Shown: one piece after another, positions 30,711 to 39,958 of the stretch
Position numbering within the stretch: the stretch's first letter is position 1
Layout: the number at the start of each line of letters is the position of its first letter
Assembly: GCA_963777605.1 (NCBI GenBank)
Contig: CAVZRV010000007.1
Span: forward strand, 480,001 to 544,000
Reading direction: 5' to 3'
Length of the DNA stretch: 64,000 bases
From: an uncultured Acidobacteriota bacterium
Lineage (GTDB): Bacteria; Acidobacteriota; UBA6911; RPQK01; JAPXNP01
Position numbers and translations under genes: made by a program
Notes under the pieces: model-generated
Told to the model about the DNA's origin: nothing
Seen by the model: only the letters and a program-made list of their open reading frames with translations
Databases searched by the model: none

Positions 30711-32657
30711 CTAGGCAGTCGCCGGACGTTCGTTCGGCTTCACCAGCGGCGGAATCTTCTCTTCGGACGAAACTTCTACTCCCGGCTTCGAACCCTGGTC
30801 GGTAGTCTCCTCCGGAGTGCCGTTATCCTGCCGGATTTCCTGACCCTTCATGAGCTGGTCTATCTCTCCGAATTCCAGCGATTCGTACTCGAGCAGCGCT
30901 TCGGCGAGCCGTTTCAGCCGCTCCCGGTTTTGCTCCAGGATCGACTTGGCCCGCTCGTAACCCTTGAGAACGAACCGCTTGACTTCGTCGTCGATCTTGA
31001 TCGCGGTACTCTCCGAGTAATCCTGGTGACGTGAAATTTCCCGCCCCAGGAAGATCTGCTCTTCCCGCTTGCCGAAAGTCAGCGGGCCCAGTTCGGGGCT
31101 CATGCCCCACTCGCAGACCATCCGACGAGCCAACTCGGTCACCCGCTCGAGGTCGTTCGAGGCCCCGGTCGTCATGCTGTCGAGAAACATCTCTTCGGCG
31201 ATTCTTCCAGCCAGAAGAATGGTAACGTTCGCCTCCATGTACTCCCGGGTGTAGTTGTACTTGTCCTCTTCGGGAAGCTGCATGGTGACCCCAAGGGCCC
31301 GTCCGCGCGGAATGATCGTCACTTTGTGCAGAGGATCGGACTCGGGAAGCAGGTAAGCCACCAGGGCATGACCCGCCTCGTGATACGCGGTGTTCCGTTT
31401 CTCTTTTTCGTTCATCACCATGGACCGGCGCTCCTTGCCCATCAGCACCTTGTCCTTGGCTTCCTCGAAGTCGGCCATCGAGACGGCCTTGCGCTCCCGG
31501 CGAGCCGCAATCAGGGCGGCTTCGTTGACCATGTTGGCCAGCTGGGCTCCCGAGAATCCGGGTGTGCCCCGCGCCAGCACCGAAACATCAACATTGTCGG
31601 AAAGCGGAATCTTGCGCACGTGTACCCTGAGAATACCCTCGCGCCCCTTAATGTCGGGCAGGGAAACGATTACCTGGCGATCGAAACGACCTGGCCTCAG
31701 AAGAGCCGGATCGAGTACGTCGGGACGGTTGGTTGCAGCAATAAGGATCACGCCTTCATTTGACTCAAACCCATCCATTTCAACCAGCAACTGGTTCAGC
31801 GTCTGCTCGCGCTCGTCATGACCGCCGCCCAGGCCGGCTCCACGGTGACGGCCCACCGCGTCGATCTCATCAATGAAGATGATGCAGGGTGCATTCTTTT
31901 TGCCCTGTTCGAATAGATCCCGGACCCGGCTGGCTCCGACTCCGACGAACATTTCGACAAAGTCCGATCCGCTGATGCTGAAGAAAGGCACGTTGGCCTC
32001 TCCGGCAATGGCCCGGGCCAACAGGGTCTTCCCGGTGCCCGGTGGGCCCATCAGGAGGACACCCTTGGGAATTCGGCCGCCCAACTTCTGAAACTTCTGC
32101 GGCTCCTTGAGGAACTCCACTATTTCCTGGAGTTCCTCCTTGGCCTCCTCGATGCCGGCAACATCTTTGAACGTGACCTTCTTCTGCTGGTTGGTCGAGA
32201 GCCGAGCCCGGCTCTTGCCGAACGACAGCGCCTTATTTCCCCCACTCTGCATCTGGCGCATCAAAAATATCCAGAACGCCACGAACAGGATGATGGGAAA
32301 CCAGGAAGTCAGTAACATGTAAATCCAGCCGCCCTGGTCGTCTTTCCGAATCTCAACCGCCATCCCCTTCTCGATCAGAAGGTTGGCAATGTCCTGCTCG
32401 GCCCCGGCGGGGATGAGGACTTCGAACTTGCGGTCGTTGCCGGACTCCTCGAAGGTTCCCTCAATCTGGTTGCCGGTAATGACGATCGGATTTGTGCGCG
32501 CACTCCTCAACGAGTCATTCTGGACGAGCTGATTGAACTCCGAGTAAGTGATTTCCTCCACGTTGGCGCTCTTGAAGCTGTTCAGGAAATTCCACAGAAC
32601 AACTACCGCGACAACAATGACGATCCAGAGGAAAACGTTCTTAGCTGTTGTATTCAA
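30711..32657 (-). CDS. ftsH: ATP-dependent zinc metalloprotease FtsH
   Basis: TTG start with GGAGG RBS; two TM helices, [15 protein letters not shown] and HEAGH. Confidence 0.98.
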   Translation of the reverse strand: MNTTAKNVFLWIVIVVAVVVLWNFLNSFKSANVEEITYSEFNQLVQNDSLRSARTNPIVITGNQIEGTFEESGNDRKFEVLIPAGAEQDIANLLIEKGMAVEIRKDDQGGWIYMLLTSWFPIILFVAFWIFLMRQMQSGGNKALSFGKSRARLSTNQQKKVTFKDVAGIEEAKEELQEIVEFLKEPQKFQKLGGRIPKGVLLMGPPGTGKTLLARAIAGEANVPFFSISGSDFVEMFVGVGASRVRDLFEQGKKNAPCIIFIDEIDAVGRHRGAGLGGGHDEREQTLNQLLVEMDGFESNEGVILIAATNRPDVLDPALLRPGRFDRQVIVSLPDIKGREGILRVHVRKIPLSDNVDVSVLARGTPGFSGAQLANMVNEAALIAARRERKAVSMADFEEAKDKVLMGKERRSMVMNEKEKRNTAYHEAGHALVAYLLPESDPLHKVTIIPRGRALGVTMQLPEEDKYNYTREYMEANVTILLAGRIAEEMFLDSMTTGASNDLERVTELARRMVCEWGMSPELGPLTFGKREEQIFLGREISRHQDYSESTAIKIDDEVKRFVLKGYERAKSILEQNRERLKRLAEALLEYESLEFGEIDQLMKGQEIRQDNGTPEETTDQGSKPGVEVSSEEKIPPLVKPNERPATA

Positions 32658-32772
32658 TATGGAGCCTCCACGGTTCCTTTACAATCATTATAGGCGATGC
32701 TTGCAGGGTTCTCCATCTTATTGAGCGCCGGACTGATATCGAGAACCCCTGATCCGGCTATCTATTAGAAGA

Positions 32773-34170
32773 TCATTGTTGATAAAAAGTTTCGACTGTT
32801 ACCCGGAACCACCCTGCTCCGTCCCTCTCTGCCCCCCCCTCCGCAGGGTACGGAAAACCCTCGATCCAGACGATCCTTCCGTTACATTCGAAAACCAACA
32901 GCCGTTCACGCTCGGAGATCGGTACTCGACGCTCCAGAAACAGTTTCTTCAGCTTTTTCAAGGGGGCCCCGGGATGGACCCGGAACCGGTCGCCAGGGCG
33001 CCGAGTGCGCACCCGAACCCTTCTCGAAGGCATCCATATCGTGCCCTCTTTTCCCTCAGCGGACTCGATCCGCACAGACTTGCCCAGTGTCGGGAGAACA
33101 ACATCGCCCGGGGCGTCGAATTCTACGCAAACCGGTTCAACGGTTGTTACCCCCCCCAGTCGCAGCCGGTCGAACTCGCGGACGGCAACATACCCTCCCG
33201 GCAAGCTTACCCTACGGCCGCTCGTACCACTCGCCAAATCGAGGACCGCTTCCACGTGACCTTGCGAAAGATCGGTGAGGTTTCCCTTTACCGCGTCGAT
33301 TGCCAACCGGATTGCGACCTTGCGAAGCGGAGGATCAAGCTCCATCAAGCCGGGAATTGATATCTCACCGGTCCCCGCGGAAAGACTTGCTCCGCTCAGG
33401 AACTTCCGTGCCTCGGACTCCAGGTGGTGTTCGATTTCTCCCATCAGGCGGGCTGTCCTCCCCAGGGTCCGTCGAACCTGTGGATTGAGGCGCTCTTCCA
33501 GGAGCGGCATCAGTTCCCGCCGAACCCAGTTCCGGTCGAACGTCGGATCGAGGTTGCTTCTGTCGGTACGGTACGGGATGCTTCGTTCGTTCAGATAATC
33601 CTCGATCTGACTCCTGGACACGGCCAGGAAAGGACGCAGAACGAGAACCGCCTCCCCGCTCACAGGGTCCGGGTGAAAGCGCCTCTTGGCGATCCCCGAC
33701 AGTCCCCCGGGGCCGGCTCCGCGAATCAGCTTCATTAGGAACGTTTCCGCCTGATCGTCCAGTGTGTGTCCCGTCAAGACAAGACCGCTGTAAATTCGCG
33801 CGGTTCGAGCCAGGAAGTCATAGCGGGCAATACGCGCCCGGTTCTCCAGGTTTCCGGTTTCGTGCCGGCCGTTGAGTTCGAGGTCGACCCGTTCGAACTC
33901 AATCCCCTTGTCGGCACAGAATTGACGCACATGGGCCTCGTCGGCTTCGCTCTCCGCCCCTCTCAACTGGTGGTTGGCGTGAGCCGCCGTTACCTCAACC
34001 TCCAGTTCACCGTGCAGTTCCCAGAGGACGGACAGGAGAGCGAGCGAGTCGGCGCCTCCCGAACACCCTACAACAACCCTGCTTCCCGGTGGAATCAGCC
34101 GGCTCGAAAGCACCGCTTTCTCAATCTCGTGAAGGCTTCCGGACCGCAACTTCATGCTTGCCGCCCTCAC
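32773..34170 (-). CDS. tilS: tRNA(Ile)-lysidine synthetase
   Basis: SGGADS PP-loop, HTLDDQAET, D.SN....RN..R and TilS C-terminal domain. Confidence 0.95.
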   Translation of the reverse strand: MRAASMKLRSGSLHEIEKAVLSSRLIPPGSRVVVGCSGGADSLALLSVLWELHGELEVEVTAAHANHQLRGAESEADEAHVRQFCADKGIEFERVDLELNGRHETGNLENRARIARYDFLARTARIYSGLVLTGHTLDDQAETFLMKLIRGAGPGGLSGIAKRRFHPDPVSGEAVLVLRPFLAVSRSQIEDYLNERSIPYRTDRSNLDPTFDRNWVRRELMPLLEERLNPQVRRTLGRTARLMGEIEHHLESEARKFLSGASLSAGTGEISIPGLMELDPPLRKVAIRLAIDAVKGNLTDLSQGHVEAVLDLASGTSGRRVSLPGGYVAVREFDRLRLGGVTTVEPVCVEFDAPGDVVLPTLGKSVRIESAEGKEGTIWMPSRRVRVRTRRPGDRFRVHPGAPLKKLKKLFLERRVPISERERLLVFECNGRIVWIEGFPYPAEGGAERDGAGWFRVTVETFYQQ

Positions 34171-34316
34171 TATACAGCGAATCGAATGAATCCGGTTACG
34201 CCATCCGGATGGAGCCGCTCTTTGCGGCTTTCACCGCACGGATTGACACTCTGCAGGCCCGGAATGCGGATTGTCATGCCGGCCCCGAAATCCTCACCCG
34301 GCCGGCACTCCCTGAA

Positions 34317-34342
34317 GGAGCCCGCAAGGCGGGCTCCCTTTC
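34317..34342 (+). terminator. GC-rich hairpin, possible intrinsic terminator
   Basis: GGAGCCCGC-AAG-GCGGGCTCC 9-bp stem followed by CTTTC (weak U tract). Confidence 0.45.
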
Positions 34343-34386
34343 ATCGACAAGCATAAACAAATAGGCTAAGATGTTCGTTTTCATGG

Positions 34387-34460
34387 GGCGGAGTAGCTCA
34401 GTTGGTCAGAGCAGGCGGCTCATATCCGCCGAGTCGGGGGTTCAAGTCCCTCCTCCGCCA
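34387..34460 (+). tRNA. tRNA with CAT anticodon, most likely elongator tRNA-Met
   Basis: Acceptor stem GGCGGAG/CTCCGCC, anticodon arm GGCGG-CTCATAT-CCGCC, T loop TTCAAGT. G1-C72 is paired, so it is not an initiator; CCA is not encoded. Confidence 0.93.
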
Positions 34461-34497
34461 TTAGCCTCTTTTTTCACTCCATCGTTCAAGGTGAATC

Positions 34498-35793
34498 ATG
34501 TCCATCAGCAAGAGTGAGTCGCTATTCGATCGCGCCCAGAAGTCGATCCCCGGGGGAGTCAACAGTCCGGTTCGGGCTTTCAGAGCAGTCGGAGGTACGC
34601 CGCGCTTTATTGCTTCCGCTGAGGGCTGCTTTGTTACGGACGTGGACGGCAACCGCTACATCGACTACGTAGGGTCTTGGGGGCCCATGATTCTCGGTCA
34701 CGCCCATCCGGAAGTGGTGGAAGCAGTTCAACAGGCGGCCACCCGCGGAACGAGTTTCGGGGCACCGACCGAACTTGAGATCGAACTGGCGGAGCGCATT
34801 TGTGCCATGGTCCCCTCGGTGGAGAAGGTCCGCCTGGTGAATTCAGGGACCGAGGCCACCATGAGTGCCCTCCGGCTCGCCCGCGGCGTTACCCGGCGGC
34901 CACTGGTGATCAAGTTCGACGGCTGCTACCACGGCCACGCCGACAGCTTCCTGGTCAAGGCAGGTTCGGGGGTTGCCACCTTCGGCATTCCCGGAACTCC
35001 AGGCGTCCCTGATTCGTTCGCCGAACAGACCATCAGCCTGCCCTACAACGACCTCGAACTTGTGGAGAAGACTTTTCGAGATCATGCTGACCGAATTGCG
35101 GCGGTCATCTGCGAGCCGGTCTCCGGAAATATGGGCGTCATCGTCCCTCCGCGAGAGTACTTGCAGGGACTGATCGACCTTTGCGAACAGCACGGAGCCC
35201 TGGCTATCTTCGACGAAGTCATGACGGGTTTCCGCCTGGCCGCCGGAGGCGCCCAGGAACGGTTCGGTCTGCTGCCGCACCTCACCTGCCTTGGCAAAAT
35301 CGTCGGAGGGGGGCTCCCCATGGGAGCGTTCGGCGGTCGAGCTGACCTGATGGGCCAAATCGCCCCGGAGGGCCCCGTCTACCAGGCAGGTACCCTCTCC
35401 GGAAATCCGATCGCCGTAAGCGCCGGGATTACGACCCTGAATCTGCTGGCGACGAATCCTCCTTACGAACTGTTGGAGGAACGGACGCGCCAACTATGCG
35501 AAGGAATCGAGGCGGCAGCACGGTCGGCAGGAATCCCGGTCCAGATCCACCGCTGTGGCTCGATGTTCACGGTTTTCTTCAACGAGCGGGAAATCCACGA
35601 TTTTGCGGGCGTTCAGACTTCAGATACGAAGCGATTCGGCAAGTTCTTCAACTGCCTCCTGGAGAACGGCGTCTACCTGGCGCCGTCCCAGTACGAGGCG
35701 TGCTTCGTCTCCACAGCCCACACCCCCGAAATCGTCGAGGAAACCATCGAGAAGGTCGCGCGCGCGCTCCAAGTCGCAGCCAAAACCAACTGA
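34498..35793 (+). CDS. hemL: Glutamate-1-semialdehyde 2,1-aminomutase
   Basis: PGGVNSPVRAF, NSGTEATMSA, FDEVMTGFR, GKIVGGG and YQAGTLSGNP motifs. Confidence 0.98.
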   Translation: MSISKSESLFDRAQKSIPGGVNSPVRAFRAVGGTPRFIASAEGCFVTDVDGNRYIDYVGSWGPMILGHAHPEVVEAVQQAATRGTSFGAPTELEIELAERICAMVPSVEKVRLVNSGTEATMSALRLARGVTRRPLVIKFDGCYHGHADSFLVKAGSGVATFGIPGTPGVPDSFAEQTISLPYNDLELVEKTFRDHADRIAAVICEPVSGNMGVIVPPREYLQGLIDLCEQHGALAIFDEVMTGFRLAAGGAQERFGLLPHLTCLGKIVGGGLPMGAFGGRADLMGQIAPEGPVYQAGTLSGNPIAVSAGITTLNLLATNPPYELLEERTRQLCEGIEAAARSAGIPVQIHRCGSMFTVFFNEREIHDFAGVQTSDTKRFGKFFNCLLENGVYLAPSQYEACFVSTAHTPEIVEETIEKVARALQVAAKTN

Positions 35794-35899
35794 AGCGAAC
35801 ACGGCAATCCCACGTTCGCCGAATAGTACACCGAATTGATTCGAGAACGATCCCAACCCGCCACCAAATCACAAATCGAAAAACAAAGATCGCAAATGT

Positions 35900-36430
35900 T
35901 TATTCGGCAGCCACTTCGGTCGGGGTCGGGACCGAGGTGCGTTGATAGGTCTGATCCAGAATGGCCAGTACTTCCTTTTCTGCGTCATCGAAGTCCTGTC
36001 CCTTTACGGTGGCAATTTCCGCGATGATCAGGTTCCGGGCCCGATCGAACATGCGCTTCTCGCGAAAGGACAAGCTCTTGCGAAAGCTCAGGAAATAGAG
36101 ATTGCGCAACACCTTGGCGACCTCGCAAATCTCCCCCGAGTTCATTTTCTCAAGGTTCAACTTGTAGCGGGTTTTCCAATCCGGATCGGGTTCCTTGAAG
36201 TCACTCTCGAGAATTTCAAAGAGTTGACCTACAGTCCCCTTGTCGCTCAGCGTCCGCATCCCGACGTTGTCGGCATTGGAAACTGGGACCATTACCGTCG
36301 AATCATTGGCCGCAAGGCGCACCATGTAGAACTCTTCCGATTGCCCGGCGATTTTTTTGGTGGCTACGGACTCGATTACGCCTACACCCTGGTTGGGATA
36401 AATAATTTTGTCCCCGACTTTGAATGACAT
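35900..36430 (-). CDS. carD: CarD-family RNA polymerase-binding regulator
   Basis: FKVGDKIIYPNQGVG and W..RY motifs; GGAGG RBS. Confidence 0.92.
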   Translation of the reverse strand: MSFKVGDKIIYPNQGVGVIESVATKKIAGQSEEFYMVRLAANDSTVMVPVSNADNVGMRTLSDKGTVGQLFEILESDFKEPDPDWKTRYKLNLEKMNSGEICEVAKVLRNLYFLSFRKSLSFREKRMFDRARNLIIAEIATVKGQDFDDAEKEVLAILDQTYQRTSVPTPTEVAAE

Positions 36431-36650
36431 GAATCCTCCCGGTCGTGAAAACGAGAAACCGGAGTTCCCATGGTAAGGGCAGGCCCGAAATTTGTCAAAA
36501 GATCACATTTCCACGAAACGCAGAGTTCCGGACCGAACTTGCCCCGGCCTGCGATCTCACCTGATGAACGCCAGTTGTTGATATGATGGTTTGAAGGTTG
36601 CGAACTGGACCGCTTTATTCCACGGGGATGAATGTGGTCACCAGGATCAA

Positions 36651-38948
36651 ATGGAGACTCTGTTCACTTACTTATTCAAGTATCGCCCGTTCGTCTTCGG
36701 GGAGGGAAAACTTGGCTTTGCACCCCCGGCGAACCCCTGGATTCTCCTCACGGGTTTGGTGCTCGTAGCTGCCCTGCTCGCCTGGCTTTCCGTGCGACTG
36801 CTCACCCGATACCGGCAGGGGTGGATTTTGTTTGCGATTCGACTTTCCGTTTGCCTGTTACTCCTCCTCCTGCTGATGCGGCCGACCCTTACGCTGTCCC
36901 GGATGACTCCTCAAACCGGGATTCTGGCATTCCTGATCGACAATTCCCGCAGCATGGGCCTGGGAACGGAAGGTTCCCCCCGTTCGGAGGGAGTTTCGGT
37001 GCTGGCCGACCCGAACGGCAGTCTCGCGTCGAACCTCAGCAAAGACTTCCAGCTGAGGTGGTTGCGTTTCGATCGGGCCACTCAGCGCCTCGAGAACCCC
37101 GAGGAACTGAACTGGTCGGGCGACCAAACCAACCTGTCGGGGGCCTTGCGGGAACTGCTCAACGAAACCCGCAACCTGCCTCTCGCAGGGGTAGTCCTGG
37201 TGAGTGACGGCGCCGACAACAGCTTCCGCGACCTCCAGTCGGTCGTCGGCGAGTACTCGGCACGCAAGATTCCAATCAACACCGTTGGAATCGGCCCGAC
37301 AAAGCTGCGGCGGGACCTGGAACTGGCGGACGTCAGCCTGCCCAAACGAACCCTGCCCGGATCGGTCGTCCTCGGCCGGGCAACCATTCGGCACCCCGGA
37401 TTCGAAGGTTCTGAAGTGCAACTTTCGGTCAGGGACGGTTCCACCCTGCTCGACTCGAGAACCGTCACACTCTCCCGGGAATCCCAAGTGACGACCGTTG
37501 AGTTCCGGGTGTCCCCACGATTTGAAGGAGTGAAGCTCCTCGACGTCTCGGTGGACCGGCTGCCCGGGGAGGAAGTCGAAGAGAACAATTCCCGCCGTGT
37601 TCTGCTCGAAGTCCGGTCATCGAACACCAGGGTCCTCCTCGTCGAGGGTCGTCCACGTTGGGAGTACAAGTTTCTCCGGCAGGCCCTTTCGGGAGACAAG
37701 TCGATCCGCCTCGAGTCTCTGCTTCGGACCGCCATCAACAAGTTTTACCGGCAAGGTATCGAAGAGGAATCGACTCTCGCATCAGGTTTCCCAAGTTCCC
37801 GCAGCAAGCTGTTTCAGTACAAGGGGCTCGTCATCGGGGACGTCGAGTCGGCGTTTTTCACATACCCGCAGATGGAGACCATCCGCGACTTTGTGAGCCT
37901 CCGGGGCGGTGGCCTGCTCATGCTTGGAGGCGGTTCAACTCTCTCAGCGGGTGGCTATCAAAACACTCCCGTCGAGGAGGTGCTGCCGGTCTGGCTTGAA
38001 AAGGAAGGCAACCGGCGGAGTGGCGAGATCGACTACCTGCGGGCCGATTCCACGGTTGAACTGACCGCCTTCGGGCGCAATCATCCCGCCCTCCAGATCG
38101 CCCCTTCTGAACAGGAAAGTACGGCTCTCTGGAAGGACATGCCCCCACTGATCGACCGCAACCTGGTTTCGGGACTGAAGCCGGGCGCAACGCTGCTGAT
38201 GCAGGCCGCTTCACCGGACAACGACGTGAAGTCCCCACTGTTGGTCTCCCACCGATACGGCAGGGGGCTTGGCCTGGCATTTCTCAGCGGAAGCAGTTGG
38301 CGCTGGCAGATGCTTCGAGATCACGAAGACCAGAGCCACGAGACCTTCTGGCAGCAGGTCCTCCGGTGGCTCGTCAGTTCGGCCAGGGACCCGGTTTCGG
38401 TCGAGGTCGAGCGCCAGGTCTACTCTCAGAACGAACCAGTGAAAATCCGGGCCGAGATCAATGATGACTCGTTCAACCGCCTCAACGATGCCCGGGTTGA
38501 AGTCAAAATCACTCCTCCGGCAGGCGAGCCACGCGTGGTGCCGCTGGAATGGAGCCCTTCCGAGAACGGAGTTTACGAGGCAACCATCACCCCTTCTGAA
38601 AACGGGCTCTTCCGGCTCGATGCCACTGCCTGGCAAGCTCGGAAAGGCGCTGCTGAGCCGGTCGAACTCGGGACGGACTCGGTCTATTTCGAGTGCGAGT
38701 CGGGATGGCGCGAGTATTTCGACAGCACTCAAAAGGAAGACTTTCTGCGCGGTATTTCCAGTTCGACTGGAGGCCGCTACTACACGCTGGCCGACATCGA
38801 CCGCCTGCCCGACGAAGTGGTTTACACCGGCGGAGAAACCACCTCTGTCGAAGTGTTGGACCTGTGGAACATGCCGGTAAATTTCCTCCTTCTTCTCGGT
38901 CTTCTTTCGACAGAGTGGATGATTCGACGGCGGCGGGGATGGATCTAG
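36651..38948 (+). CDS. Membrane protein with vWA, Ig-like and GATase1-like domains
   Basis: N-terminal TM helices, MIDAS-like DNSRSM...T...SDG, EGRPRWEYKFLR, GGGLLMLGG, YGRG...WRW and C-terminal EWMIRRR. Confidence 0.85.
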   Translation: METLFTYLFKYRPFVFGEGKLGFAPPANPWILLTGLVLVAALLAWLSVRLLTRYRQGWILFAIRLSVCLLLLLLLMRPTLTLSRMTPQTGILAFLIDNSRSMGLGTEGSPRSEGVSVLADPNGSLASNLSKDFQLRWLRFDRATQRLENPEELNWSGDQTNLSGALRELLNETRNLPLAGVVLVSDGADNSFRDLQSVVGEYSARKIPINTVGIGPTKLRRDLELADVSLPKRTLPGSVVLGRATIRHPGFEGSEVQLSVRDGSTLLDSRTVTLSRESQVTTVEFRVSPRFEGVKLLDVSVDRLPGEEVEENNSRRVLLEVRSSNTRVLLVEGRPRWEYKFLRQALSGDKSIRLESLLRTAINKFYRQGIEEESTLASGFPSSRSKLFQYKGLVIGDVESAFFTYPQMETIRDFVSLRGGGLLMLGGGSTLSAGGYQNTPVEEVLPVWLEKEGNRRSGEIDYLRADSTVELTAFGRNHPALQIAPSEQESTALWKDMPPLIDRNLVSGLKPGATLLMQAASPDNDVKSPLLVSHRYGRGLGLAFLSGSSWRWQMLRDHEDQSHETFWQQVLRWLVSSARDPVSVEVERQVYSQNEPVKIRAEINDDSFNRLNDARVEVKITPPAGEPRVVPLEWSPSENGVYEATITPSENGLFRLDATAWQARKGAAEPVELGTDSVYFECESGWREYFDSTQKEDFLRGISSSTGGRYYTLADIDRLPDEVVYTGGETTSVEVLDLWNMPVNFLLLLGLLSTEWMIRRRRGWI

Positions 38949-38953
38949 GACTC

Positions 38954-39958
38954 ATGAGAATTTGCCAGGCGGACAATGCACCGGATCAAGCCACCACCCA
39001 AAGCACGGGGAGGCCCCGAACCGTCTCCCGGTGCCTGGCATACCTGGCCCTGCTGTTCGGGACGCTGACCCTGGGCCTGGCGAACCCGCTCCAGGCATCT
39101 GGCTACGACGAGTCCCAGGCTGCCTGTCTCATCGTCACGGGACTGGGCGGGGTTCCGGAATACGAAGAGAACTTCCGGTCCTGGGGCGACGCAACCGAAG
39201 CCATTTGCCGGAAGCAGATTTCTCCCGGAACGGTCCTTCTCGACGGAAGCAAGGTCGGGCGGGATCAGGTACTCAGGGAACTCGGAGCGTTGCGGTCCCA
39301 GTCCGAAGACAGTTCGATCTGGCTGTTTCTCATCGGGCATGCCAGCTACGACGGACGGCAGTACAAGTTCAACATCAAGGGCCCCGATCTGACCGGAGAT
39401 GACCTGAAGGGAGCGCTTGATTCCTTTGGGAATCGACGCACGTTCGTGATTCTGGCGACCAGCAGCAGCGGCGTGCTGGATGAGAAACTGGCCGGAGAGA
39501 ATCGCGTCATTGTGACCGCCACGCAAAGTGCTCGTGAACGCCATGCTCCTCTTTTCATGTCGTTTTTCGTCGAGGCGGCCCACTCCGCCGAGGCCGACCG
39601 CAACAAGGACGGTCGTGTTTCGATCAGCGAAGCCTTCGCCTTCAGCGACGCGGCTGTCAAGGAGTGGTATGAGAGCAAAGGCAGGCTCCAGACCGAGCAC
39701 CCCATCCTCGATGACGGGGCCGACGGTAAAGGACTCGCTTCCGTGGCTTATCTTTCGAGCCCTCCCGAGCAGGCGTACCGGACCCTCGAGGCCCAGCAAC
39801 TGGCGCCCGACCGAATCCGGCTCGAGCGGGAAATCGAAGATCTGAAACTGCGGAAAACCGAACTGCCGTCAGCCGACTACTACAAGGAACTGGAACGGTT
39901 GCTCCTTGAACTGGCAGAGGTCAATGACCGGATCCGAAAGCTGGAGGGCGGACAGTGA
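38954..39958 (+). CDS. Exported caspase/C13-like-fold hypothetical protein
   Basis: Signal-like N-terminus; LFLIGH, TSSSG, RVIVTAT, EF-hand-like DRNKDGRVSISE and C-terminal coiled coil. Confidence 0.65.
   Translation: MRICQADNAPDQATTQSTGRPRTVSRCLAYLALLFGTLTLGLANPLQASGYDESQAACLIVTGLGGVPEYEENFRSWGDATEAICRKQISPGTVLLDGSKVGRDQVLRELGALRSQSEDSSIWLFLIGHASYDGRQYKFNIKGPDLTGDDLKGALDSFGNRRTFVILATSSSGVLDEKLAGENRVIVTATQSARERHAPLFMSFFVEAAHSAEADRNKDGRVSISEAFAFSDAAVKEWYESKGRLQTEHPILDDGADGKGLASVAYLSSPPEQAYRTLEAQQLAPDRIRLEREIEDLKLRKTELPSADYYKELERLLLELAEVNDRIRKLEGGQ

Noticed and set aside
36561-36610. CTGATGA followed by a CCAGTT/AACTGG stem (second hammerhead?)
   Set aside because: No GAAA core or stem I in the required positions.
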